A stretch of 64,000 bases of DNA from Spirogloea muscicola (taxonomy: Eukaryota): the NCBI GenBank assembly GCA_009602725.1, contig WELB01000025.1, forward strand, positions 570,989 to 634,988. Reading direction: 5' to 3'. The stretch's first letter is position 1, and every line of letters starts with the position of its first letter. The notes beneath the pieces were generated by a model, which was given only the letters and a program-made list of their open reading frames with translations, searched no databases and was not told the origin of the DNA. Positions 1 to 13,236 of this stretch are shown piece after piece. Both the position numbers and the translations under genes were made by a program.

Positions 1-465
1 CGGCTGGTGTCTGGCAACCCTCGGGCAGGCGCAGGTGGGCTGGCAGGCCCTGAGGGGACCAGGCGCTGCACTTGTCCGCCCGGATATCCAGGCCGATCGC
101 GTTCAGCTGCACTTGGAGGGTGTCGAAGGCAGCTGTGACATCCTCTGGCTTCCCCACCAGCGTGGTGTCATCAGCGTATGCCGGCACGAGGACGCCGGGG
201 TGAACCGCGACCGTTGCCTGGAGCGCACGGTGGTGTGCCAACGCATAGTAGAACCCCGCCAGTGGATCCCCTTGGCGCGCGCCCCTGGTGGAGTGGTAGG
301 TCACCAGCCCATCACCCCCTGCCCGCCACTGCAGCTCGCAGGGCTGACAGTACCCCAGCCTGAAGAAGGGTAGAAGGCTGGGGAAGGCCTCTCTCAGCTC
401 CTCCGCGATGACACCACGATCAACGCTGTTGAAGGCGTTGCGGACGTCAACCGCCATGGCCACCT
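1..465 (-). mobile_element. Non-LTR retrotransposon (CRE-like) reverse transcriptase domain, 5'-truncated, runs off the window
   Basis: Manual minus-strand translation: VAMAVDVRNAFNSVDR...STRGARQGDPLAGFYYAL...VPAYADDTTLVG...GLDIRADKC. These are the RT motifs D(x)2NAFNS, GxxQGDPL and YADD in an open frame not listed in the ORF track. Confidence 0.9.
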
Positions 466-1258
466 AAGGAAAACACGTGTTCCAGATTTACAGCGGTGGC
501 TGTGAGAGGCCAGCCCAAAGCAAGCCAGCTCAAAGTGATGCTGATGAGCCCGGCAGTGCCAAGCTTGCATGCATTTTCAGGTCTAACAACGTGTCGAGAT
601 CGGACCTTCCTTCTGACCTTCTTTGGGACTGGCCTTCCACAGCCATTCACCACTCTGGTTAGGCTGCTAAATCCTTCAGTCCAGCGCAAGTAGTAGCTGA
701 CGTCTAGGTGGAGAGCTTGCTTGCTGTCTCAAGGCAGAGGCTCTGCGCATGGACCATCTGCTAGCCGCAACCATTGCAGTCAAGACTATTTGCTGCTTAT
801 GGGTACTCAAAGCAGATAGTAACGAAGGCGTCTTCACACACTAGGGTGCTCCCGTTCTACAGGGTACCTCCATCGTGCATCCACTAGGAAAGAAGAGAAG
901 AGAAAGGAAAAGGATCTCTAGGCAGACAGCAACCTGGTGAGCCTCAACCTGGGCTCCAGAGTTGCACCACCTTATAGAGCAAGCAAAGACAGTTGCCCAA
1001 TGTCATTAGCTAGGTCTTCTGGTGATGCATACAACTGTGAATCCAAAGTGACGTGAAGCCTTTTCTTAAGCACTTCTACAAATAAACAGCAAACATGGAT
1101 AATAGGAATGGATTGGCCTCTGCAATTGCAAAGCAATGGTAGGATTATTGGCATGGACAGTGCAAGAAATGGTATAAGTTCCAAAGTGAGATGCAAAGCA
1201 AGCCACTTGCTGATAATGGCCTCAACTCCATCCCATGTCCCCCTTCAAGTATAGCTGA

Positions 1259-4200
1259 TTACTGAAGTGGTTTGAAGTGCTCCAAATACGACATAACGTG
1301 CAAGCTGAGGGATACATCCATGGGGCACATGTAGCCCCCCACAGTACGAACAAGGACCGGAACAGCAGAGAAGAGCCGCAAGGTCAAAGGAAAAACGGCT
1401 GGCTCCACGACCTCACGCTGGTCCAGCGACCGCAGAGCCATGCCTCTTTGCTGTGCCTCCATGCCGTCGCTGCTATTATCCTCGTCCAGCAGCAAGCTGT
1501 CCGCCTCTTCCACCCAATCCTCCTGAGTGAAGTCGTCTGTGTAGTCAGTCGCCAGAGACAAACCTGCCATGGCTGTCAAGGCCCGTCCTCGTCTGTGAAA
1601 TCTCCCATGTTCTCCGTAGCCTGACTTTGAGGATGATGACGCAGACAACACAAGTGTGCCAGTGGCCTCAAACCACTGCGTATCCACTCCATCTAATGAC
1701 TTGTACGGCACTTTCCGCTCCAACTGCGTGTGTGTACAGATAGATTCAGTAGCTGCAGATTGCACATGTTACATGCGCAAATGCTGTGAAGAAACTAAAG
1801 AATGTGGATGCCTTCAAAGCAAGGCCTTTCCATGAGCGTTCTCCATAGGACATGCTATGCACTCTCTCACAACTTTTCAAGAAGCATCTGCAAGCAACAT
1901 ACCCCAAGCTTGGGAACAGAGATTGTCATCCACGTGGCGCCGAGGCCCACAACACGGCCCTTTGCTAGCAAGCCCTGCAATATGAGAATGCATTGCTGTC
2001 AGAACCCTCCTCGTGTTAAAATCTTGCAGCACCTCAGCAGCCACCAGTTGGCCACCAGTTGAATGTTCTTGGGAGCAAAGGCATGCTGCTTACCCCAAGC
2101 TTCTTGAGCATAACACAGAGGTAGAGCTTGCTGCTGGCCTCCTGCGCCTGTCTGCTCGCTAACTTCCTCACATTGGCATGCGAAGCCACTTGTGAGAGCC
2201 TTGCCTGATCGAGTAAGCCACTCGCCTCTGCAGCAGCGGCAGCTTGCTGCTTTGCCGCTGCATTACTGGCCATGTCTGACAAAGATGGAGTTGCCTGTCC
2301 TTGCAAGCCTGTGAAACAACTTCCATGATGTGTATCCTTGAGCAACCTGGATATGTTTCTCTGTGATAGGATGCCACTGTTACATATGCGCGCCTCAGCA
2401 CCCAGTGCCGCGGCCAGCATGCGGTGGACCAAGACATCCGGGTATCGCCTGATGGGGGACGTGAAATGTGTGTAGTAAGGACAATTCAAGGCATAGTGCC
2501 GCCAGTCCTCCTGGTCCTTAAAATCCCCGGTGCAGAAGTAGCTCGCCAGCTGCATAGGTCTTACGACGTTGTTCATGACAATCTCAAACAACTCTGGGTC
2601 GCTCCTCAAGTCCTCCCTCATACTCACCAGAGACTCATGAATGCTGGCTGATGTACTAGAATCAATCCGTAAATCATTCTTCTTGCAGAAGGCTATAAGT
2701 GCTGCCAACTTCTGATCATTGGGTCTGGGATGTCTCCTCAGAAGTGCTGCCTCTGGGAAAGCCAGCGAGATGGCGCGCGCGGCCGTCATATTCGCGAGCA
2801 GCATGAACTCCTCAACGAGGTTGTTGGACTCGAAGGACTGGTATGCACCAACTCCACTTGGACTGCCGTTATCGTCCAGTGCAAAGGAAAGCTTCACAGT
2901 GTCCAGCTTGAGGGCACCACTGGCAAAGCGCCTCTCTCTGAGCTTCTTAGATACCCTAAAGAGCAGCTGCACGTTCTCAACGACCTCAGACCACGAGTGG
3001 GGAGGGTGCAGTCTTGGCATGACCTGCTGCTTGAGAGACCCTTTGACAGCATCTTCACTATTACAACCTGCCAGAGTTGCCTTGGCAGCCCGCCTTGCAG
3101 CGCTATTTGGGATGAAAGCCCCGTCAATTATCTCCTGAGCATGATTGTATGAGAGCTTGCAGCAGGATCTGATTACAGTACGGCCAAGCCACTGATTCTT
3201 AATTGCTCCTTCTAGCGTCATCTCCCAGATGATCGAAAAGGCCAGGCGATCCACACCGGGGTTCAAGCTGCAAAGCTCCTCACAGAGACGTGGAGGAAGC
3301 ATGGGCAGAACTCGCTGAATGAGGTATACGCTGGTCGACCGATGACGAGCGTCCTCATCAAGGGCACTTCCGGGCTTCACAAAGTATGAGACGTCGGCAA
3401 TGTGCACTCCAATACTGATATTGCCATTTGCCAGCTTCTCTACTGAGAGAGCATCATCAAGGTCCCTGGCCGTTGGAGGGTCAATTGTGAAAATTCTCAA
3501 GTGCCTCAAGTCCTTTCGCATTGCTACTTCCTCATCGGAAATGTGCCATGCTTTTGGTGGGAGGCAAGCCAGCACTGCAGGAGGAAAATCCACACCATGA
3601 ATTTTATGTTGGTAGACAATAGCTGCTGATTCTGCCTCAATCTCCCCTGCCTGGCCCAGCGCGTGCTTCACAACTGCCTGCGGTATGGAGCTAGATCTGG
3701 ACCACGTGTCCACTGATGCTGCGAAAAGGGTCTGGCTCAAGCTGGTATCACCCCCCTGTAATCGATTGTATAGATCCTCGGGCAACCTGGCGAGACACAC
3801 ATTCATTTTTGGCAGTCGCATATCTGCAGGCACAAAGAGGCCATAATTTGGCTCCAGTGCTGGGCTGCCACAGCCTCCTCCTTTCAGCTTGCCTTCAATA
3901 ACACTTGGCAAGCAACATCCTTGCTGCTCACTGCTGCCTTCGGATGCAATGAGCGTGCTGGCTGGACTCCTCTCACTTCCTGAAGGACAACATCCGCCGT
4001 TTGGCAGAAGCTTGTGCCTCCGGGAGTGCCAATCCCAGAACTTGGTCAGGTCGAGATAACCAACCAGGCTTTCACGCCGAGGTGATGGCTCCAGTACAGC
4101 AATTACTCTCCCAGATGGGCGCCTGCCTGGCATGCTGAGCAGCAACTGTGCCAAGTCTTCGCTGGATGCCGCATACTTTGTATGGATTCTGTCTTCACTG

Positions 4201-6099
4201 TTGATGATCTGCTGAGTTGGCAATCTCTCTGTTCCATTTGCATCTCCGACATGCCTCGCACTCAGAATGGGGTAGATGCTGCCTGATGGGCTATGAATGC
4301 CATTTGGCCTTGAAGCTTCAGTTTTGTTGTTTGCAGAGGTTCCTTTCAGCAGGGGCCACTCACTTGGCGAATCTAGTTGAACAGCAACAATGTCTCCCTC
4401 CATCTGCTTAAAGACAAGCTTGAGTATCATCTCATCTGTCACGGATGTCAATGGGAATGGCACTGCAGGGTCATGCGATAAATGAGAAGCAAGACATATG
4501 TTACTTATTCAAAGGTCTAGAAGCCAGCAAGGTGCGCAAGAGTACTTACAGCTCTATTTTGAGCCCCATCACCAAGTATAAGAACATCCAAAGGCAGTCC
4601 CTCTATTGTCACATAAGCCTGCAGGTTGACAGTGACTGGCAATGTCATTGTCAATTCGCAATCAAACCAAGAGAATGATATGCAATATCAGAATTATCAG
4701 AGATGTCATTGTCCCTAAAATAGTGTCATCATCACGCACACACAGAGCTTCAGCAGAAAGAAGGACAATCATTTACCCACCTTCACAGTTACCACACCAA
4801 TCACACTAAGGGATATAAGACAACAAGCACGAATTGCAGAGAAGATGTGCAGTAGAGCAGTACCTCCAATTGCTTGTACACATTCACATGCAGCATGCCC
4901 TTGTGAGCTTCTCCAACCTGTAGTGACAGCACCGTGCCAAAAATCTTCACTAGCGAGCAAACAATCTGCTGACTCAGCCCAATCAGGATGCCAACAGGTC
5001 AGAAAGAGCAATTGCACCACTTCACAGGTTTCTCGATTCAGACCTGTATTTGTTTTCCAACTACTTCAGCGGGCAGATGCTCCATGAAAAGTGCCCGGTC
5101 TTTGACCAATATCCTCTGAGGAGATTGGATAGACGTGCCCAGCACCTGCGAACCTCCTGCTGCCTTTTTAAAAATCGGCTGCTGAGGAGGCCCTTGAGTG
5201 CCTGCAACTTTCTGGGAGGCTTTCTCTCTGCCTGCACTAGAGCTCAAGGTGGTCGGCTTTGCCAAGCCAGCCTTGAATGATCCTACTCGCTGAAGTGGCT
5301 GCGCCTTTGCCGTTATGTCATTGGCAGCACTAGATGCTGGAAGGGCAGAAGTTGGGGCGCGTGGTTGACATTGCATATTACCTTGCAGCTCTTCTTGGCC
5401 TACGCTACACTGAGCATGTGGAACTGCTTCATGATCTACTAATCTGCTGTCAATAAATGAGTCCGCCACTGCCAGGGGTGCACCAGCAGCAGTAGAAACC
5501 TCTTGCTCTTCGACGGCATGACTCGGTTTCACAGGGGCCTGTGCAAGGCTGTCGCTGTGCTGCTGCCGCTGCAACGACGGCAAGGACTCCTGTTCAGGTG
5601 TCTCCAGGCTTGTCCGACGCAAGACGATCTTGGCGAGCAACTTGGGACTGGGTAGAGGGACCCAGTCAGGTGAGGGGCTGCCACTGTGCCACGCACTGCC
5701 ATAGCCTGGTCCGTCGTCGTCACCCTGTGGAGCTGTGACGAGGAAAGTGATGGAAAGCGTCCGTCAAGATTCCAGAATTGACCAATTTCAGCCACAGAGC
5801 TCGTGCATCAGCTATTGCTGCGCACTCAAACTGCATATATTCTGCCACCTGGTCGTCAAACGGCGACTGTCAAAGCAGTAGGGATGTGACTCACCCGCGT
5901 AGGCCTCTGACAGGGGAGCGACAGTAGCATCCGTTGCCTGGCCAGAGCCTGTCCCGAACTTCCTCCTCCCATTTGTTGCCTGGTCAGCCGACGCCGTCTT
6001 TGCCTTGCAGGCCGCTGCTTCGCGGCGACCGGCTCCTGAGGCAGCCGCGTCAGGGGCGGGCAAGTGCTGCGGCGGAGGTGCATCACGGTAGGCCACCAT
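1259..6099 (-). CDS. DIS3L2: DIS3-like exonuclease 2 (RNase II/RNB family; SOV homologue), multi-exon
   Basis: ORF 2034-4463 has RNB motifs RKDLR..IFTIDPPTARDLDDALS, GVHIADVS, STSVYL, NNLVEEFMLLAN, HYAL..YTHFTSPIRRYPDVLVHR. Last exon about 1259-1730 (EPAVFPLTL); small exon about 1904-1975; N-terminal exons 4880-6099. Start codon uncertain. Confidence 0.9.
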
Positions 6100-6230
6100 A
6101 AATGACAGCGCCTCGAGCCGGATGTCCGGCTCGAGCGGCGCCTCCGATATCAGCGCGCCGCCAGGCAGGGGCAGGTAATCGCAGCCTTCTGCGAGTGAAT
6201 CCAGGCGCGCGAGACTGTCGAACCGCCGCA

Positions 6231-6272
<42 letters not shown>

Positions 6273-6504
6273 TCTCACGGCGCGAGATGTGGCCGCTGTC
6301 CCTGTCAAACAATGGGACCTGAACTGTCGTGTCAACTTGACGAAACGGTGTGCCCGCGCTGTGCCGATAAGGAGCCGCCCGTCTAGCTAAGCGCAGCCCG
6401 CTAGTGGGAGACTCTCGATGGACGCCACGCGGCAAGCATCGAGCGGTCAGGAAGCTTCTCATATCATAAGCGCCTCAAACCCTGCCGGGCGCCGCGGCGC
6501 TTCC

Positions 6505-8367
6505 ATGGCCGCCGCCGCAGCCGCCGCCGCCGCCCTCGCCGCCGCCNTGCACGCGCCGGCGAGCGGCGCGGCGGCGGGCGCTGCGCGGCTGCACCCCGCC
6601 GTGCTCTTCAGCGTCTGCGACTCGTTCATCCGGCGCAGCGAGGGCCAGGACCGCGTCATCGGCACGCTGCTGGGCGCGCCCGCCGCCGACGGCACCGTCG
6701 ACGTCCGCAACTCCTACGCCGTCCCCCACAACGAGTCCATGGACCAGGTTCGTGGCGGCGGCTGGGAAGCTCAATGCGAATGACAGGGAGCGGTGCCTGC
6801 AGTTGAATCAGGAGGTCGAGGGATCGACTCCCAGAGCTTGCGTTCAATGCCGCCGCCTTTATTGCACAGGTGGCTGTGGACATCGACTTCCACCGCACCA
6901 TGTTCGAGCTGCACCAGCGCGTCAACCCCAAGGAGGTCATCATCGGCTGGTGCGTCCAGCTCGCCGCAGCTCTTGTTCTTGGCGTCTCCCCCTAGGAGCC
7001 GACGGTCCCTCGGGCCTGTGGTCAACTGCAGCAGCTTCGGAAGATTGCATGATATTTAGCGGAGCAGCGGGGCTCTTGGCTGCTCTGCGGCCGCCTCTGT
7101 GGATCAATCATTTGTCGGTTCCACAGTGACAGACTTGATGTAGCTTGTGGGCATTTTTGGGGCTTCGGCTGGCTGCCTCTCAGCACCGGCGGCATTGGCA
7201 GTCCAGGCCGTTCACTTCGGCCAGCTCGCCGCCGCTCGGCAGGTACTCCACGGGCACCGGCGTCAGTGGCAGCGACGCACTGATCCAGGACTTTTACGGG
7301 CGCGAAGTGGCCAACCCCATCCACCTGACAGTTGACACGGCGTTCCAGGACGATCGTGCCAACATCAAGGCGTATGTGTCAACCAGCCTCACGCTCGGCG
7401 ACCGGCAGATTGCCGCGCAATTCCACGAGATACAGTTGGACCTCCGAATGATTGAGGCGGAGCGCATTGGATGTAGGCGGCCAGCCCTCCCACCCTTGCT
7501 CGTTGCAATCCTCAAGCTGGTTGCACGAGACTCGTCTGGCTGCATTGTGCTTATACAGCTGCCTGTTTGCAGATTTGGTCATATCAGTTGTCTCGCTCAC
7601 GGGTGTCTGTCTGTTCTCCAGTCGACGTACTGAAGCGGAGCATGGTTGAGAAGCTGCCCAATGACCTCGAGGGTCTGGAAAGCACAATGCAGAAGCTGGA
7701 GGGGCTCGTGGACACGGTGTTTCGATACGTTGACGACGTTGTAGTGAGCCCACCTGGCACCTCTCGCTAGTTGCAAGCAGTGTAGCTGCCTAAGTAACTC
7801 CAGATTTCACGACCACGTGCTGGCTGTTTAAGTATGAGGCCTCTCTCGAGGTGCTCATTAGAAATATTCTGGACAATGTCAGACGGCAACCTGCTCCCAT
7901 GCTGTGTGGTCTTGGTGTATGGTGGTTTATCTTACTCATGTCCATGTACTGCGCAGGAGGGCCGCAAGCAGCCGGATAATGCAATAGGGAGGTACCTCGC
8001 TGACACAGTGGCGGCCGTGCCCTACATCAAGGCCGATGCCTTTGACAAGCTCCTAAATGACAGCGTCCAGGTCAGCTGTCGTTGAGACTTCAGTCTTCAG
8101 TGTCAAAGGCACAGCCAAATGCTGACCATATACACACTTCTAGTGTGCATCAGATTTGCAAGGGTTTCATTGATCAGCTCGGACCGTGGACTCTGTGGAC
8201 TGTGTATGCATTGTCTGCACTAGTCTGCTTGCGATTGTTCTGCTCACCGGTGACTAGCAAACGTTCTTGTGTGTCAGGATCTCCTACTTGTGCTGTACCT
8301 GGCAAACCTCACCCGGACGCAGCTGGCACTGGCCGAGAAACTCAACACGGCTGCCCAGCCACTGTAA
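6505..8367 (+). CDS. eIF3f: Eukaryotic translation initiation factor 3 subunit F (MPN domain), multi-exon
   Basis: Spliced peptide ARLHPAVLFSVCDSFIRRSEGQDRVIGTLLG..VRNSYAVPHNESMDQ|VAVDIDFHRTMFELHQRVNPKEVIIGW|YSTG..IHLTVDT..|..FDKLLNDSVQ|DLLLVLYLANLTRTQLALAEKLNTAAQPL*, with GT-AG introns. Confidence 0.93.
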
Positions 8368-9386
8368 CTCGGATGCAACCTTCCAGCCGCCTTCATATAC
8401 TGTTACCCGGCAGTATCACGGCTTCTCACGCTTTGAGGAGCTGCGTTGGCTCCTTGCTCTTCTAGTAGTCAAAGGAACACCGTCGTATAAGCCGTCCAAA
8501 TTCTTTAATTGATCTTTATATCTCCAGATGTATACTGCTGATAGTGCAACAGGCATGTTATTCCATAGGCTGACTGACATATAGTGGTGTTTCATCTGAT
8601 ATGACAACTGAATCTGGAGCCGTGCACTGTGCAGCTGCGCTCTGCTGCTTTCGCTTGTAATGCCTCAGAGCTGGGTTAGAAAGCATATAAAGTATACTGA
8701 AAGTTTTCAAGTACAATTGAGTTATTCTTGTCTGTGAGGCAAGGTGAACTGAGAGGTAGGTGAAATGAAAGGTATCAGTGCCAAGTGTAAAGGCAGCCCA
8801 GAGCCCGGAAACTTTGACTCAATGCTCAACACTGCATGTGGCACGAGATGCTACAAGGGGCGTGTCATGCATGGACTTGGTGAATAACAAGGTGCACAGT
8901 GGAAGGATTGGGGGAGAAGAAGCTCATCCTAAGGCGGCAATGGCTGTGAACGGAGAAGCAGCTCTCCCAAACGGAGCGAGGGCTGTGAGAAGCCTAACCG
9001 CAAAAGAGTGAGGGCCAGCCCACAAGGAAACAGCTCGTCCATGGTCGAAGTCATGTCGCGGCTGTGAAAGCCCGCCGGGGGAATACAGATGAATTTCATA
9101 TCTATATTAGCGGAGCCACCGGAAATGGGTTCTGCACGGCCAAGGGTTTAAGGCCCCTGCTACCAGTGGGATTCACCTCGATCTCCAGAGCAAGCCCGCC
9201 ATGGCCGCTGCGGCGGCGGCGCCGGCGCGGCGGCCAGGGCTCCGATTGCCGGCGACGGCCGCCTTGGCCGTTGGCGGAGGCGTCGCCGGGCGGCTCCAGC
9301 AGACGCGCTCTGGGGGCTCCTCGGCGGCACATGGGCGACGAGCTTGCCACTGAAGCTGAGGCCGCCGTGCGGCGGCGGCGGCGGCC

Positions 9387-9770
9387 ATGGCGCGCATGCA
9401 GCGCCACCTGAAGCCCTTCGTGCTGCGCCTTCTCTTCTCCAACCGCTACGTCTCGGCCGAGGTCTCACTGGTCCACCCCAGGCCGGCGACGGCGGCGGCG
9501 ACGGCTCCGCCGGCTTCGTGGGCGCCAAGAGTGGTGGCCATGGCGAGCAGCCGCGAGGAGGGCCCGCCGAAGCGCGGCGACCCAAGTGGTGTCACGTCGT
9601 CTCGCAGCGACGTCGCGGCGGCGAGGAGGGTGGGCGAGGCGCTGGCCGCGCGCCTGCTGGGCGCCGGCGTCGGCGCTGTGGCGTTCGAGCTCGGGCGCGG
9701 CGAGCGGTACCACGGCAAGCGCGCCGCGGTGCTGGACGCCCTGCGCGCTGCCGGCGTGCGCCTCATCTGA
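9387..9770 (+). CDS. Organellar ribosomal protein uL18-like (plant uL18-L family), single exon
   Basis: KPFVLRLLFSNRYVSAEV...SDVAAARRVGEALAARLLGAGVGAV...ERYHGKRAAVLDALRAAGVRLI matches the L18p C-terminal signature. Confidence 0.85.
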   Translation: MARMQRHLKPFVLRLLFSNRYVSAEVSLVHPRPATAAATAPPASWAPRVVAMASSREEGPPKRGDPSGVTSSRSDVAAARRVGEALAARLLGAGVGAVAFELGRGERYHGKRAAVLDALRAAGVRLI

Positions 9771-10697
9771 CGCCGCAGCCATGGCGCACTGCCCATCCGA
9801 AAGCCCAACACTTCTAGTCGCAGCCCAGAGACTGCAGCCCAGTCTCTTGTTGCTGTGTCTGGCATCGATGCTCGGCAGCCCTTGCGAGGTTGCAGCTGCT
9901 TGAGGGTTCGCCGCCCACTTATTGGCAATGCAATGCCTGGCCACTACCATCAAGAGGAGTCTTTGGGGGATTCCACGTTGGGTGTTGTCCCAACCTGCCT
10001 TCAGCAGAGACTGCACTCGGCGGTGTCATGCACGTGGCCACTCAGGCGCCGCGAGGGCCACAGATGAAGAGGTGAGCGCAGAGCCCATTGTGCTGCCCTG
10101 CTCTGCTTGCTAGCCCCGAACCTGTACGCAGGCCAAGGGAGTAGCTGCCGTGGCTGAAGCACTGCTGATGAAGAACTTGCAGTAGGCAGTACTGAGATTG
10201 TTCAACCATTGATTGATGTATGTAAGCATGTATGGGTCACCTTGCTGCCATCCTAATAAAGAGCAGGTTCATAACCTCTTCAGGCTAGAAATGTATACTG
10301 CCAGGGTAGGGTGAGCTGATAAGGAAGGTCGTTTAATGCTTTTGAACTTTTCTTACACCTGCTGCTAAGAGTCAGCATCTGTGCTAAATGCAATGGCACA
10401 CTCAGTTATAAGAAAGTACCTGCTTTTCGCACTGATCGTGGATCTAGGATTCAGGTTCATACTCTGAATCTCAGATTCCTGTCCACTTTGGCTCAGACAT
10501 GCAAAGCTGCAGACTCTCAAACAGGTCTGCTAATGATGCGGCTAAGAGTATGTCGTCGCGGGTTCACAGCATGCCAACTTATTACACCTATTCGGTTCAT
10601 GTCATCGGAGCTAGTGGCTCAATAGATAGGCTAACGCATCTAGAGAGCAGAGAGGCAAGACACCTGTGAAGAAAAGCAATGACGCGTCGCCCTCAGG

Positions 10698-13134
10698 CTA
10701 GGTGCTGGCGCCTGCAAGTGGTGGCAGTATTCTGTCCGCAATGTCTCGAAAGGACATGACATCCTTTTGCCAGAGCCTGCACCTCAGAGCCAAGAAAGTG
10801 CAAATCACTGCCCCATCTTTTCCCGCCTGCAGTCTTGCAGGCCCTGGCATGCAAGACGCTGCCAAGCCATCAATACGAGCAAGACACTAAGGGCTATTCA
10901 GCTGAACAATGAGCAGCTACAGCTGACAGTGCTGCCAGAGAGATGACAGTTCTGCCAAAGAGATCAGTACCAAGCATCCAACCCAGCCTCAAGAGCACCC
11001 TGGTAGTCTGCGACTGGGTCGTCTCCAACGTGAACAGCTGTATTTGGAGCTGCTACTGCAAGCTCATCTGGTGCACAACCGCAAGCGACAAATTCTGATC
11101 TAAGTTCCTGAAATTGTACCATATGAGAGAGAGTCCAGCCCTGTGCATCTATCCAGAACTTGCTTGCATGCAATGGCAAAGTAGGCAGCTCAGTACCAGG
11201 CCTGCAATGTAGGCCAGTGATATGTGGTAAACGTGTGTCATTGCTGAAGTACGTACCCAGTGCAATCCTGAATATCTCTGTCGAGGGTTTGTCAAAACCG
11301 ACCTCCGCAGATACAATGACAGCATCAAGCCTGCAAGTTCGAAGCATTCTTAAGCTGGATATACGAAGCCAACAAATATGCAGATTCCAGCAACAGACTG
11401 CCCTGGTAGTGATTGCTATGCCCAGTCAAAGGAGGCCATGACTGCGCAGTTCAATGCAGGCAGCTCCTGCCACATCAGGCATCAGTGCACAATCCAAGTA
11501 AGTGGGAATGGGCTGCATCTTTACAGGTAATAAACCTGTAGCTCGCGCAGAAGCGGTCGGAGCCTTGAGTCAAAGTTGGAGACCACCGCAATCTTCACTG
11601 GCAGCACAATCCATGCGGAAGCTCAGTTGCAGTCAGATAGTCTTGTATTGTGGTACCGAAGGCTACGGAACTCTGTGAGGATGCATCACAAAGTGGGCTT
11701 TGATAGACATACTTTACAGCCTCAAGCTTTAACACAGCAAGTTTGCTGCACCCTGCTGGTGGCGTACCTCCAGCGTCCCTCAGCAGCGTCAGGCTGTCCC
11801 GCGCCCCTGCTGCCACTGTCCATGCTTTGGCTTGGGCATAGTACTGCGCACGTGAGCCAACCAAGGCAGCTCCTGGGGATGATTGAAGAGGGTTTAGGCT
11901 GCAATTACAGCTGCAAGCAGTCGAGATATGCAAGCAGCAAGGCAATGAGGGGAAGCCTTGGGAAGCTGCCCTAGTGCCGGCAGCAGAACTTTACTTATAC
12001 ATCCCTCTGTCAACAAGACATCAAGCTGGGACCAGTCCAGCCAGGGCCAGGATGAACAGGGACTCAAGATTTCGCACCTCGTACAGTTCCTCAAAGTACA
12101 CCTGATCGCTGCAGCCGGTCACGAGCTCGACCACGTGCCGCCAGAATTTTCTGCCGTCGCCCTGGCAAGGCGCCACAAGGCGACGCCCTCACTTGTCGCT
12201 CGGAGGCCTGACGTTGCTTCTGTGCTAATGCAGCTGGCATGTCTGTCTGCCTCCAGTTGGGCTCATTCGATGCCACGGCGGTACCCTTTGGTACGGACCT
12301 CATACCGCTGGGCCTCGCCCGGAGGCTGGGCGAACACGCGCTTCAGGCCCTCCTTGATTTCGGTCGGCGTGGCCGTCACCCCTGCACCCCACGGCCTGGA
12401 GCGCAGCTCAAGCATTTCCGTAAAGCATTGCGGAGCGGAATGCACATCAGTAATCAAGGCCTAAGTCCTCTGCTCTAGCACTAATCAATTCGGCAAGGGT
12501 TAAGCAAAAGCAAGCGGTGGCAGCGAGAAGCGAAAGAGGCACAGCAAGACAGGCTCACCGTACTTGGCGCCAATCTCGGCGTAGGTGGCGTGCACCGGGC
12601 GGGCTGCGTCGAGCAGCGTGCCCCCGACATCTAGCAGCAGCGCCTTGTACTGCGGCCGCCTCGCGACGTGGTCCCTGCCTGCAGACTTGACTGAGCCATG
12701 GCGATGCAGTAGCGGCAGGACTTAGTACAGCTGCGTCGCTGCTAACGACACAGGCCTCACTGAGGCCGTGCATTTGATGGCGGGAAAGCCATCGATAGGA
12801 GCACGCTGCGCACCCGCTGGAGACGGCGGCGCCGCGGGCGCCGCGCGGCAACAAGGGGCGGCGCCGCCGCCGCCGCCGCCGCGGAGCTGCTGCCGCTGAT
12901 GACCTCTGCCGCTGTTGCCGACAGAGCCGCGACGAGAGCGCGCGCGAGAGAGAGGTCAGCCGGGGCTCCGGCGCGGGATCGCCGCAGGCTTGCCACGGGC
13001 GGACCTGAGGCGGCGCAGGCAGCCCGCGGCGAGCCGGCGGCGGCGCGCGAGCTCGCCTGCGGCGGCGGCGGCAGCGGCGGCGGCGGCGGCGGCGGCCATC
13101 GCTGAAGAGAGGCTCTTACAACACCCACGCCCAT
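10698..13134 (-). CDS. HAD-superfamily hydrolase (HDHD3/REG-2-like), probable organellar transit peptide, multi-exon
   Basis: Exons encode YKALLLDVGGTLL (motif I, about 12560-12680), KIAVVSNFDSRLRPLL (motif II, about 11535-11598), SAEVGFDKPSTEIF (motif III), AVHVGDDPVADYQGALEAG (motif IV) and a terminal WLWQKDVMSF..* ending at 10698. Start codon uncertain. Confidence 0.85.
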
Positions 13135-13236
13135 TGGGCTTTCTGACAACGATAGTCTCCCGTCACTTTGACGGCAGGGCTTCGTCACTTTTGGTGTCTC
13201 TTATGAGAAGGATGCAATTTGAGCCTACTCTATTGC

